From: Paraspadella gotoi
Taxonomy: Eukaryota; Animalia; Chaetognatha
Assembly: GCA_051294375.1 (NCBI GenBank)
Contig: CM119268.1
Location: 13,415,437-13,479,436, forward strand
DNA length: 64,000 nucleotides
Reading direction: 5' to 3'
This document shows, piece after piece, positions 38,491-50,922 of the stretch. A program made the translations under genes and the position numbers. The notes beneath the pieces were generated by a model. It worked only from the letters and a program-made list of their open reading frames with translations. It was not told the origin of the DNA and searched no databases. Position 1 is the stretch's first letter; every line of letters begins with the position of its first letter.

Positions 38491-39102
38491 AGAGAGAGAG
38501 AGCGGAGTAATACCGTGCCAGGATCTCTCGTTTTCGCCTCGTAATTCGATTACGTCCAAAAAAAAAGCACTCTTTGTATATTTTTTTCTCTTTGTTACGA
38601 TTATGTCTGGAAATAGTAGAAGCAAATGTCAGATCTCTCCTCCCCCTCTCCCCTTTTTTGGTCCGAGGATAAAGCTCCACCCCCCCCCCTCGATTCCTTT
38701 TTTATTTTAATAGATTGGTAACAGAGAAGTAGGGGGGAGGGTGTAAGGTTACGGGCAGCGATAACCAACACCATTTGAATTGTTCGCGCCGTTGAATCAT
38801 TGGCTCCAACGAAATATATATATATCGCCGGGTATTAATGTCTGGCGCCTTTGGATGTGAAAAAAAAAGTGATTTTTTTTAAATTTTATTTTAAACCAAA
38901 TCGACTTAACAGGGTTTTCACGGTGAATTCACACGAAAATGGAGAAATGTGAGGATCTCACCGGCTCGAGATTTGTAAGAGGTTGTAAGTCCGAATCTCA
39001 AAAAAATGAGAGAGAATTGGGTCAACTCTTTCCCTCGAGGGATCAAGAAAAAAAGGGTTCGCTTTTAATCGAAGTCGTTAAGGAGTTTCTCTCTCTCTCT
39101 TT

Positions 39103-39160
<58 letters not shown>

Positions 39161-39755
39161 AGAGAGAACTCCTTAACGACTTCGATTAAAAGCGAAACCC
39201 TTTTTTTCTTGATCCCTCGAGGGGAAAGAGTTGACCCAATTCTCTCTCATTTTTTTGAGACTCGGACTTACAACCTCTTACAAATCTCGAGCCGGTGAGA
39301 TCCTCACATTTCTCCATTTTCGTGTGAATTCACCGTGAAAACCCTGTTAAGTCGATTTGGTTTAAAATAAAATTTAAAAAAAAATCACTTTTTTTTTCAC
39401 ATTCCAAAGGCGCCAGACATTAAATACCCGGCGATATATATATATTTCGTTGGAGCCAATGATTCAACGGCCGAACAATTCAAAATGGTGTTGGTTATCG
39501 CTGCCCGTAACCTTACACCCTCCCCCCCTACTTCTCTGTTACCAATCTATTAAAATAAAAAAGGAATCGAGGGGGGGGGTGGAGCTTTATCCTCGGGACC
39601 AAAAAAGGGGAGAGGGGGAGGAGAGATCTGACATTTGCTTCTACTTATTTCCAGACATAATCGTAACAAAGAGAAAAAAATATACAAAGAGTGCTTTTTT
39701 TTTGGACGTAATCGAATTACGAGGCGAAACGAGAGATCCTGGCACGGTATTACTC

Positions 39756-39816
<61 letters not shown>

Positions 39817-40559
39817 CTCTCTCTCTTCCCCTTCTCCTAAAAAAGGGTAATGTTCTCCATCCTGGTTCTTATCTCGAACTAATCTCGTCAAAGTTGACTC
39901 ACCTTTACCAACTTGGCTCGTCTTAACTCGTCGTGTCTCGTATCACCTTACTTCATCCTTTTTTTTTACGTAAGTAAGTCTCACCTTACTTTACCTGACT
40001 CCGTCTCTTGAGTTCTCACTCACCCGCCTACCCCATCTCTCGCTGGTTAATCTTATTACCGCTTTTTTTTTGTCAGTATCAGAACGGAATCATGGTCCTA
40101 ATACAATAAGTATAAAATTAGATTCACGACTCTCATTACAAAATATTTATAGTCTCACCACGGTTTTTGTAAACTAAATAAATACAATTAAAATCGAGAC
40201 TAAAACTAGAAGCTCTTGAGCTGAGTCTATATCTTTTAGTCACGAACAAATAAAAAAGAATAAAAAAAAGAAGGAAAAAAAATTAAAAAGATTCGCGAGA
40301 GATGAAAAAATCTAAAGAAAAAAAAACAACAGTTGAACTGCAAATAAAAAAAAATACAAGACAATTTATTATGACACATTTATTAAAAAAAGGTAAGACT
40401 AAATAAGAGCAAACAAGAAAAATATCGAGTACATGGACATTAGACAATGACCTGATACAGAACGAGAAATAAAAAGAAAATAAAGAAAAGAGCAGCTTTT
40501 AGGATCACCTTACTCAATACTCATCCTTTTTAATTTTTTAAAAAACATCTGTGCCAGAG

Positions 40560-40607
<48 letters not shown>

Positions 40608-40920
40608 TGTGTCTGTGTCTCTATCCCACTCTCGGTTTATGGAGAACTTAATTTGATTTAAATCGTACGTTGCGCCGATTAACTCTAGTCACCGAGAATA
40701 AACCTAGTCAACGTGCGAGCTTAAAAAACGATTTTGTTGTAAACAAAACGGTGATAAATTAATACCTCAGAATCATCTGGTCTTTGACTCTAATTTTAAA
40801 TCAACTTACCAGAGGGAGCCAAACAGTTAAAAGTTTTCAGATAGTTGACAATTGATTCAACTCTCAAAAGACTGGCGATCTGATGGTGGGAAAACTATTT
40901 GTCTCTCTACCACATCGCCA

Positions 40921-41522
40921 TAAGGCGTAGTGAAAGTTACATACGAAAATTCTAAAGTCAATTATGAACAACATACTATCAGTAAACATTAAATTGTAAA
41001 AAAAAATTAATTTTATGTTTTTTAATTTTCGCAGTAGGCATATATTATATATAGTACTATCCTTATGAAATCGAAAAATTTCAAAATAGACTTTTCTTAA
41101 TTTGATTGCAGATTTGAATTCCTCGTCAAAAGTGATAAAAGAAAATATGAATCATTTTTAAAATTCTTCATTAATGGTTAAAAATTAAAAAAACTATATT
41201 TAAATATATAAAAAGTTTAATTTTCAGCTTAAAATATAGCTTTTTTTAATTTGACCCACTTAATGAAGGAATTTTTCAAAAAGAGTTAATTTTTTTTTGT
41301 CAACTTTTTATGACAAATCCAAATCTGCAAAAAAATCTTAGAAAAAACTGTTTTGAATTTTAACATTTATGGTTTAGTACTAGTATAAATATACCTACTG
41401 CGTAAATTGTAAAATTATTATAAATTTTTTTATTATATAAATGTTCATTAATATAATATTGTTCGTTCCTCACTTTTAGAATTTTTAATTAAAGTTAAAT
41501 TTAGAAATTTTACTACGCCTTA
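40921..41522. mobile_element. Mirror copy of the fold-back element in the right palindrome arm
   Basis: Same termini, flanked by ATCGCCA on both sides. Confidence 0.8.
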
Positions 41523-41675
41523 ATCGCCAGTCCTTTGAGAGTGGAATCGGATCTGGAAAGATGTCTCTGTCTGACTCTCCCTCGGGATAAAAAAGTCCTT
41601 GAAGAGAAAAGAAATTGAGTCGAATTTTGTCGACTTCGACCCAAATTGGCCGGAAGATCGTAACCTCGTCCACCT

Positions 41676-41723
<48 letters not shown>

Positions 41724-44596
41724 CGTTTTTCCTTTTTTCGCCCTCGGGTTTGAGTTTTTTCAAAGATTCCGTCTTCTAACGAAAATATGATTTCTTTCCC
41801 ACGACGGAGACACGATTTCGGCCGTCGGAGCGACGCCGCCGATTGGACGCGTCACCGGCGAATCGCCGTCCCCGTTATCTTGCGTCATCGCGCGTCGCCC
41901 GCCTCCTTGTCATACTATGCCACGCCCACTCGCCAACTCGCTTTTTAACGATAGCTAATGACTGTAAATAAATATTAACAACAACGACAACATCTTCGAT
42001 TAATCTGTATCTTTGCCAAGCTTTTTATTTTACTTAACACTGATGACTAGAAAGTAGAAACACTAAAAGTGTATTATGTAAACTACTTTTAAAACCCACA
42101 ACCCGAGTTCAACATCACATCTAATCTTCGAACTTAATCTCCAATTTAATTCTTTTTTTAGGTTGTGACAAATGATAAAGCAGACCGACAAAAGAGTTCG
42201 ACACATATTATTCTATTACCTAGTAACCGACCACAACAATTTCCCGCTCGATAATTTGAACTTATTTTTTTTACAGGATTTTAAAAAATAATCCCACGTT
42301 TGGGTTTAAAACTCCAGCTTTTAAACGTAGGTCTTTTTTAAAATTTTTTTTCCAAAACCGATCCAATTGTTAAGGACCTCATTTAGAAGGACAGGGAGCT
42401 CGGCCGTCGACCGGGTCCGAAGACTTGAAATTCAACCACATACCTAAAACCAAAGGAATTCATAAACATAAACATGAAAGAAACTCGAAACTCAAATTTA
42501 AACTTGGAAATATGAAAAAAAAAAAAAGATCCAAAACCAGCGTTAACCGTCAGTCAGTCCGTCCGTCCGTTATCCTCAATTAACGCCGACCCGACAAAGT
42601 TTTCGTGTCTCGAGAGAAAAAAGAATTTTGGGAATTTGAGTTTTTGACTTTTGGTTGGGACGAGATGATTCGTCGTTTCCTGTCTTCGGTTCGTCCGTCT
42701 TCCTGTCCCTTCGTCCGTTCGGTCGGCAGACGATTAAAATCCTCGAAAAGAAAATTCGGAATTGTTTCATGAACCGATTAGGACGGATAATGTCGTTGTT
42801 GTTGTCTATGTCATCAAATTCCTCCTCTAAATGTAGGACAATGTTTAGTAGAGTGAGATGACTTGGTCGTCGTCTTCGTCTTTTTGACCATCGCTTTGGT
42901 ATGAGACATTTAAGCTGCGAAAGAATTCGACAATATTTTCATCTCAACCTTTCAACCAATTTCGCTCAATTCTATTTTGAAAGCTGACATACTCGCTCCT
43001 CAGCCCTGTAAATAAATACTGTTAATGACCAGAATCGAACCCGAGACTTTTCCGCCTCAATCGATTTTAATTTGAACATCGGTCTTTCAAACGGTCCCGT
43101 GCAGGGTTATCGCTGGTAGGAGGGCAAGACAAAGAGGCGAGAGAAAGGGAGAGAGCGACACGCGAGGCGCGTCATCGCCACCACGCCACCGGTCCACCAC
43201 GCTCTCTCTTTTTTATATCCAGTGGAAGCGACCATGTTTTAAAAAAAGTTATACGTTGAAAAAAAATTTCAATAATCATCGTTATTTTAATTAGATTACC
43301 AGACTCTTTGAAGCGCGCACTTTGCACTGCGTGAAGAAAATTGTGCAATGTGCACTCTGGTGACAAATTAAAGGAGCGAGGTTTTTAAGCTTTCCCTCAA
43401 AATGGGTTCGTTCATCAAGGGCCTCGGTTGTTTCCCCTCCAGTCTCCGACGCTCAAAAATTCATCAGTCACGGATTCTCGTCGACTTTTGTTTACGAATC
43501 GATTTCCTTAGCGACGAAAACAACACAAAAGGTCGCGACGAATGTTTTCGAGAACGAATTTCTCGAGAAATCGATTTTTCTTTCTTGTTTTCCTTTTTAT
43601 TTAATTCTTTTGTCTCCTTCTCTTTTATCGCTATTCTTATCTTATTTCGATATCCTTTTCTCATTTCCTCCTTTGTCTTTATTCTTTCGATCTTCTAATT
43701 CAATTTCAGTCTTTCGTTTGAATCTTTCAATTTTCAATTTCCTTATCTTCGCTCATCGTCCCTCGATTCAAAATACGAATCATTAAAGCTTTTAAAAAAA
43801 GAGAGAATCCACGCGACGCCTCGCGAGACGCATCTCTGCGAGCAGATGTCTTCCGGCCGGCGTGCAGGTGCCGACATCCGCTTCCCATCTTTCTTTTCGC
43901 TTAATTGAATTTGTCGGATGCTTATCTCGATTTTTTTTCTTTTGGTTGGGGGGGGGGGCAAAGTTCCATTACGATTTAAAGTCCCCCGGAAAACGATTTT
44001 CCTCAAGGAGATTGAGTGGAGATGAAGATTTTTAAACCTTTAAACTTTTATTGGCAGTTTTCAGAAGCTGTGTGATACGAGTCTTTCGGGAACGACTCAG
44101 TAAAAGGAGGTTCGAATACTATGATGACGATCTTCCTTTTTTTACAGTCGGCGACGCCGACGTAAAATTGTTTGACTATCGTTTTCTTCTTCCTCGACAA
44201 CGTAATCCGCTTTGACTCGTCGTTGTCGTCGTCATTTTCGTCGTCGTCTTCTTCACCCTTCTCGTCCACTTCGTCATCTTCATTACGAAAAACTTCATCC
44301 TCAACTCTCCTCTCCTTTTTTTTAATAGCTGAAAAAATATTTTTGTTAAATTAGGAAATTTGACAAATATATTTTTTTTCCACACAGACACTTTCTGACC
44401 CTCCGACTCTTCCTTTTCCTCCTCTTCCTTTTTTTTCCCTCACTATTTTCCTTTTTCCTTTTATTCCCTCATTTCCTCTCATTTTTCTCTCTTTTAGAAA
44501 AAAAAAAAGCATCGATTATTTTCTGTCCTTCATAACGACAACCTGTCAACAGGAATAGAAAAAAGGTAGAACTGCGTCAATTGGAAAGTCCTCGCT

Positions 44597-44686
44597 CATC
44601 GAACGACGACGACGACAACAACATCTAAAGTTCTCTCTTCATCGAACGACGACGACGACGACAACATCGAAAGTTCTCTCTTCATC
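44597..44686 (+). repeat. Tandem duplication of ~43 bp
   Basis: CATCGAACGACGACGACGAC.ACAACATC.AAAGTTCTCTCTT twice. Confidence 0.8.
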
Positions 44687-44877
44687 GCGTTTATGGAAAC
44701 GTTTATTGTCACTTCGCGTAAACGACGTTTCTCACCAACATTTTCTTTCTCGTCATCTTCACTTCGTTTTCATCGTCGTCTTGAAATCTTCGTCCTTCGC
44801 TCATCGACTTTTCTCTAAGAAAAAAAAAAGTACTTTGCAGGAATGCGCAGCATCAAAGAGGAAAAGCTGCATTTAAA

Positions 44878-44908
<31 letters not shown>

Positions 44909-45475
44909 TCTCGTTATTATCTCGATGACGTTTTTTTTTCAGTTCGCTTTTATCTTTTGTTTCAGCGACTTTAAAAATTCAAAATCTCTCTGGGCTTTGC
45001 GTCAACTTTCCTTTTTTTAATAAAGAAAACTTACCATTGTTTTCCACACAAAAACTGCAATCGATGTATTTTTTATGTCATCGTCGTCTACTCTTTTTTT
45101 TGGGTTGTTGTTGTTGTTGTTGTTATGAAGTCTTACGTCGTCAACGTCGTCGCAATTCGAGGCCGTGATAATAACGGTCACGTCTCGAGGCCTTTCTTTC
45201 TCCGCCACGCAAAACTAGTTTTATTTTACGCCATTATTTTGCCATTTCACTCCCTACCTGGCAATTTGAATTCTGTCACGCCACNNNNNNNNNNNNNNNN
45301 NGCCACGCCACTCTACGCCACCACGCCACTTTGCCATCAAAAGAGCCTCGAGCCCAAATGCCACTCATTCCGCCGAAGATATTTTCTCAAGGGTTTCGCT
45401 TCCATTTTTTTTCTTCGATGCCGAAGAAAAATCGCAGCAGTGGCTCGTGAATATTTCAAAGCCGACCTCTGAGCA

Positions 45476-45506
<31 letters not shown>

Positions 45507-46210
45507 TCATTGTCGTCGTTATCGTAGTTGGTGTCCTCTTCGTCGTTGTCGTTTTTGTTGTCGTCTTTTTTTTGTCATTTTCTCTGCATGTATTGAGGAA
45601 AAAAAAAATTCATACAGCATTTTCATTAATTTCCAAGCTATAGTTCACAAACACCTTTTCGTTTCATGATAACCAGTTTCTGTGAATCTACCCCTCACAA
45701 GTCACAACTCAAATCGTTCATTACTCAAATCATCACTGCGTCCTTCAATCTGTGACACCCTCACATCTCACGATCACAGTCTCCTTCACCCTCGACGCTT
45801 CGATTCTCCGCCGGGAATCCAACCATTTTTAGGTCAAAATACAAATTTGGTCTTTCGACCCTTTTTTTTTGCAATCATGTGACCGTGAACCGCGAAAGGG
45901 CAATCCGGGGCTGACGACGATGATGATGACGACGACGACGACGACGAAGACGACGACGACAAGAACGTCCTTGTTTAAATCATCCTCGATCATCCCGCAT
46001 TTGGATCAACGACGATATTGTTGTCGTCGTCGTCGTCGTCGTTGTCTTCGTCAATGATGTTTTAATCTTTCAATTATCAATTTTATCATGTGTGTTTATA
46101 AATGCCATTACAGTTATATTTAGTTATAATAATTTAGTCTATAATATTAAGAAATGTAAAGAGTGACTAGACTAGGTCATGGCTCTTTGTCTAGAGTGCT
46201 TTTCATTGAA

Positions 46211-46254
<44 letters not shown>

Positions 46255-47106
46255 ATTTTTTTTATTTTCTCCTATTCATTCGTTCCCATTCCATCGTCCA
46301 TGACCCGTCAAACGGCTGCTATGACGACGGAAAAAAATACGAAAAATGTTATAATTTTGTGATTTGAATGAATTGACTTGGTTTTTTTTTGTCTGTGTGT
46401 GCTCTTTAAATTCAGCCAATTTTAAAGAATTTATAGATTCAAAGAAAAACCATAAAAAATAATAAAAATTATCGCGTTTGACTGAAATACGAGAAAAAGT
46501 AATCACTGCTTTTTCAGAAAACCAAATAATAAAAAACGAAACGAAACAAAACAACTTTCCCTTATTTTGCGGTTTTGTTTTTCTTCAAATTTAATTACGA
46601 ATTCTCTTTTCTTGTTTCTTTTTTTGATCTTTCACCTTTGGTTTCCGCCTTTTTTTGGGTTTTTTCTCTTAATTTCCATTCCAGTCACTGAGGTTCTTTG
46701 CCCGTTTACTTTTTTCAAATCACGGCTCATTTTTAAAACTGTACATTTTTAAATAAATTCTAATACTTTGAGTAATTTCCGAATTTAATTCAGAAACCGC
46801 GTCCAAAATTCATTCGAATCATTTTGAATCTCGAATCTTTTCGTCAAATTCCTCAGATTGCCTTTATGTCACGAAAGTGCTTTCGGTTTTTCTTCGGAAG
46901 TTCTTCCTTGGGAGTTTTCCGATTTTTTTTTTCATTTTCGTAAATCGTAATATTACGTGTTAACTTTTGCTAATTTAATAGTCGTGTATACCTGACGATT
47001 TAATGGTCTACGCCATGTTTTACTCGTTTTATAGTGGCCATTCATTCTCCATTACAATTAGTTATTCGCCGATTTTTTGTTGCAAATTGCTGAGGCCGCA
47101 ATTTTA

Positions 47107-47141
<35 letters not shown>

Positions 47142-47485
47142 NNNNNNNNNNNNNNNNNNNNNNNNNAAAGAGAGGATGAATTTGATTGCTGTCTCACTTC
47201 ACGAATCATCAGAAAGGGACCGAATCTACAGACACCATGACCTTTAACCTTAGACTGACCAAATGACCGACAGAAGATAGAAGAGATCATAATTTGTAGT
47301 TGTTGGTTTTAGATACTGCAAGAGGGTAGACGTTTAAATTAGTCCTTTCTTTCCAAGCCAGTCTGCGCTTGTCTTATTAATTAAAACAATATTTCCATCC
47401 ATCTTTCCTTACTCTCCTTTGGCCCACGTTCACCTTTTTCTCTCGCCTCCCTTCTCCTTCTCCGCTCCCTCTGCCCCCTCCCCAG

Positions 47486-49560
47486 GCCGCCTCCTGCGCT
47501 CTCTCAAGGCACCACAAAGTGGTCTCCTCCTCGGCGTCTGCTTCGCCCGTCGTTCCTTCTCGCGCGTTCTTCGTCCGAGTTCAATTGGGCTTTCGGAGAT
47601 CTCGGCACCAACTGCTCAGGCTGTGGCGCGCCAAGGCGCTCCTTCACCGAGGCGGGAGTAGGAAAAGATCGGGAGAGCGAGAGACGCGGAAGGAGAGGCT
47701 TGGCGGTCAGGAGATGGGGTTCTCCTTGCTCCTGTCCTTACTACTGCTGGCGGCTGGTCCCCGGCCGTCGATAAAAGGGAGGAAGGCGACGGTCTTGGCC
47801 GTACGCAGTTTGTAAAGCGGGCGGCGTTCTGCCTCGCGAACGCCAGCGCATGCAGGCGGCGCCGCAGAAGACGGGAAAGGCACCGCTGCGCCGCTTTCTT
47901 CGAGGATTGGAAAGGACGTTCCCAAAATCGATCTCGTCGATCAACTCAACTTTTTGCAAACAAGATCGCCCGCCGCCATGATGTATTTGTTCCGAGAGGT
48001 GGGGAGAGTTGTGTTTATCCCGACGTGAGGCACATACATTTGCGTATGTACTAGCGACGCTTAACCGTAAAACAATATCTCTAAGATGATTCTAGATGAC
48101 GTTGCTTTTATAAAATTAGTCGGGGACATCATTCGAACTCGTGAACCAACAAATTTGGGCTTTTCTTCAAAAATCTCGGCTTCTCTCAACCAAATCTCCA
48201 CTCTCCCACTCCTTCAGACGCTCGGTCTCACTCGCGTACCTGCGCCACCCCGCATACTGCCATCGTCGACGCCAATCTAGTCGTCACAAACTCTGCGACT
48301 TCGGCCTCTGCTCCCGGAGTCGAACCGCGCCCCTCGCGGGTCCCCGTCGCAGAGCCTCCTTCGCCTCCTTTGCACTCGCAGCCTCAATGCGTCGAAGTAG
48401 GCGAGAGGAATTCCCGCCTCCGCCTCTTTCAATTATCTCTCACCGGGTCGGTTTGAGACGTTTAACTTTAAGTTCAGTTTTAAATTAAAATTAAATTAAG
48501 AAAATAAAATAATTAAAAATTAAATTAAATTAAAAAAATAATTAATTAAAAATTAAATTAAATTTAAATTAAATTAATTTAATTTAGCTAATCTTGTAAA
48601 ATATTTGTGATGCTTTAAACTGAAATTATATGCCTGATATATAAAAAAAATAACTGCATCGGCCGGGAATCGGACGAACGGCCGAGGCCGCCCGCGTGGC
48701 AGGCGAGCATTCTACCACTGAAGCCACCGATGCCTTGTTGGTTTACCTGCCACGAATTTTGTTTTATTATTAGAATTACATGAAGTTATCCCTTATTTCT
48801 ATTTCTTAGGTCTGCCTCTGCGTTTTTTGGCCCATGCAGATGGCTCCCTTCACGGAAAGTATCGCCGAAGGACACTTCCACAACTTGGTAAAACATAATA
48901 AAAACATATTGTTTTTTCTAGTATTTAGTATTGTTATTCTCGCATTAGCATCAAAAAAGTGGCATCAAATTTTCTTTAAAGACTTATTGGATAGTAAAAA
49001 TCTTTTTGAAAATTAATATTCCCGCAGTTTTTTTTTTACACGATATTGAAAAAATGTTTATAATATTATTCCTCAAGCGACTGACATATGGTCGTTCGGT
49101 GTCCTTCATGTGGGAAATCTTCTCCTTCGGAACGAACGCCCTATCCAGATCTAATTTAACAGGCAGGTTTCTTCTTTCGTTGACTTTGTTATAAATATAA
49201 CTTATATAATTTTGATCTCGTTTAACAGTGGTTTTTTCCTCTCAGGTTTTCGGCTCAAATAAAGTCGGGCAACATCTTGCCGCGATCGCAACGAACACCC
49301 CCGGGCGCCATTTACTCATTGATGGTTTCAATGCTGGGAGAAAGGCCGGTACGTGAAGTCGTAAATTTGTTTTAAACTTTTTTTAAAGTGGCATTATGCT
49401 TTTTTAGTCCTTTTGTTTTTTTTTTTTTTTGAATGATCCAGGTACGACGGCCAAAAATTTTCGCAAAAATCTTTGCTAGTATGTGTTTCCTTCAGTCAAG
49501 CCTGCTGCGAAGCAAGAACTTGCCTCATTCGAGTCTACCTACATCAACGGCATCGTGCCT
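47486..49560 (+). CDS. Receptor tyrosine kinase catalytic domain (Trk/Ror/MuSK-like), subdomains III-XI, frameshifted by many small insertions; 3' end approximate
   Basis: AG/GT-bounded exons 47486-47998, 48218-48446, 48810-48887, 49078-49166, 49246-49348, 49442-~49560. Removing extra bases by eye gives LLGVC...GDL.HQLLR...[44 protein letters not shown]...|.PIRW..ESIAEGHFTT|ATDIWSFGVLMWEIFSFG.TPYPDL|..QIKSGNILPR...IYSLM.QCWE|.RRP.F..I. KLCDFGL, ESIAEGHF and MWEIFSFG are visible in the ORF track and motif order is correct. Confidence 0.88.
48655..48733 (-). tRNA. tRNA-Gly(GCC) with 8 extra nucleotides (sequencing error or pseudogene)
   Basis: Reverse complement GCATCGGTGG(C)TTCAGTGGTAGAATGCTCGCCTGCCACGCGGGCGGCC(T)CGG(CC)GTTCG(TCCG)ATTCCCGGCCGATGCA equals the usual invertebrate tRNA-Gly-GCC once bracketed bases are removed; T8 Pol III terminator just downstream. 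Confidence 0.9.
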
Positions 49561-50922
49561 AACAATGTGCAAGCAACATTCAACTCCTCCAAAGTCATAC
49601 CATTAAAAAAACTACAATTATTCTCTCTCTCTCTTTCTCATCTCTCCTCAACCCCTCGGACTCTTGGGTCAAAAAATTTAAATTCTCTTTAAACTGCCGT
49701 TAAATGTGATCTCGTAGTTGTATTAAGTGTCGCGAAAAGCTCTATTTAATTGTTTAAAGAGTTTCTAAATTTAAATAAAATTTTGCGTCTTCTAATCTAA
49801 TGTCGTTGTAAAATTTCCGTCTCCAACTAAACAGATGGTTCATTTGTTTTTTTTCATTCTACGAAAAGCATTCTAAGGAGGAACTCTTTGTAACGGATTG
49901 TTCGGTTAAACTTAGAAAACGCAAAGGAACATCAATATTCAAAGTCATTTTAATAAACGATGGGTTTTTTTCAAACTTTACTTGCGTTATCCGAGAAACG
50001 GTTTTCGCGTGTCGGAAAAAACGAAAAAAAAATAGTTCGAAAAAAAACTAAAAATCTTCTTCCTCGCTTCCACAATTTCAAAAAACAAAAGATTTTATTA
50101 TAACATCCAAAATGAATTATATTTATAAAGAATGTTTTGTTTCTAAAACATCAATTATACTTACATAATATAAGCACAAACTTCAACATAATTGCGAAAC
50201 AAAAAATTTTGGGCTTAAAAATATGGAAAGAGAATAACTAGACAAACAAGGATTTTTTTGTAAGGTATGTTTCAAACAATAATCGTTAACATCAACTAAT
50301 AGCCAAATTTAGGAATCACATAGGCGGATTGAATAAAATAAGAACAAAAAAAAAAAAACAGCAAGCAATTACTCGGCTATCGAGAAGGATATCATTCTGC
50401 GGCTGTCACAAATTTAATTGTTATTAAAATTATCATTAAAACTTTAAAGTTTCGCTACCAGCATCAATTAATGAAATAGTTTCGTTTTAAAAGCTTTGAA
50501 AAATCTTAAAAATAGCTACCTTATCCATAATTAAGTTAAAATGGAAGCATTAAATCAATAAACACTTTAAACTATTTAATGAGGTTAAGAATAGTAGGAA
50601 TCCTTGAAGAAGTATTTTGAAAGTAATACGGTTCATGTCGAAATTAATTCCGACCCAGTCAAGAGTGTAAATAGCCACTTTTTTTATGATTGTACTTAAC
50701 AGCTTGATTTCCGTACTTTCTGTTGTAGGTCTTTGCCATCCAATTTAATTTTTTTTTTTTATCAATTGGTACCTATGTATACGAGAAAAAAGACTTTTTT
50801 ATTCGCATTTCTTTGGTCACATGCGACGGACGAACGGATAATTAGTATTATCAATTTTAATTATTTAATAAATCTAAATCAATAAGTAAACTCGAACAGC
50901 GGAAACAAATAAATAAAAGATC

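Larger units (their letters stand above)
33812..44531. repeat. 10.7-kb near-perfect palindrome (two ~5.3-kb arms, (CT)n centre ~39090-39160); probable assembly or library artefact
   Basis: GAAGGACAGAAAATAATCGATGC at 33812 mirrors GCATCGATTATTTTCTGTCCTTC ending at 44531; mirrored ORFs (38338-38625 - and 39450-39926 +; 34655-35020 + and 43464-43664 -); arms differ mostly by 1-nt indels. Confidence 0.95.

Noticed and set aside
47419-48460. Minus-strand gene suggested by ORFs 47707-47925 and 47741-47959
   Set aside because: These are the antisense of the + strand kinase exons
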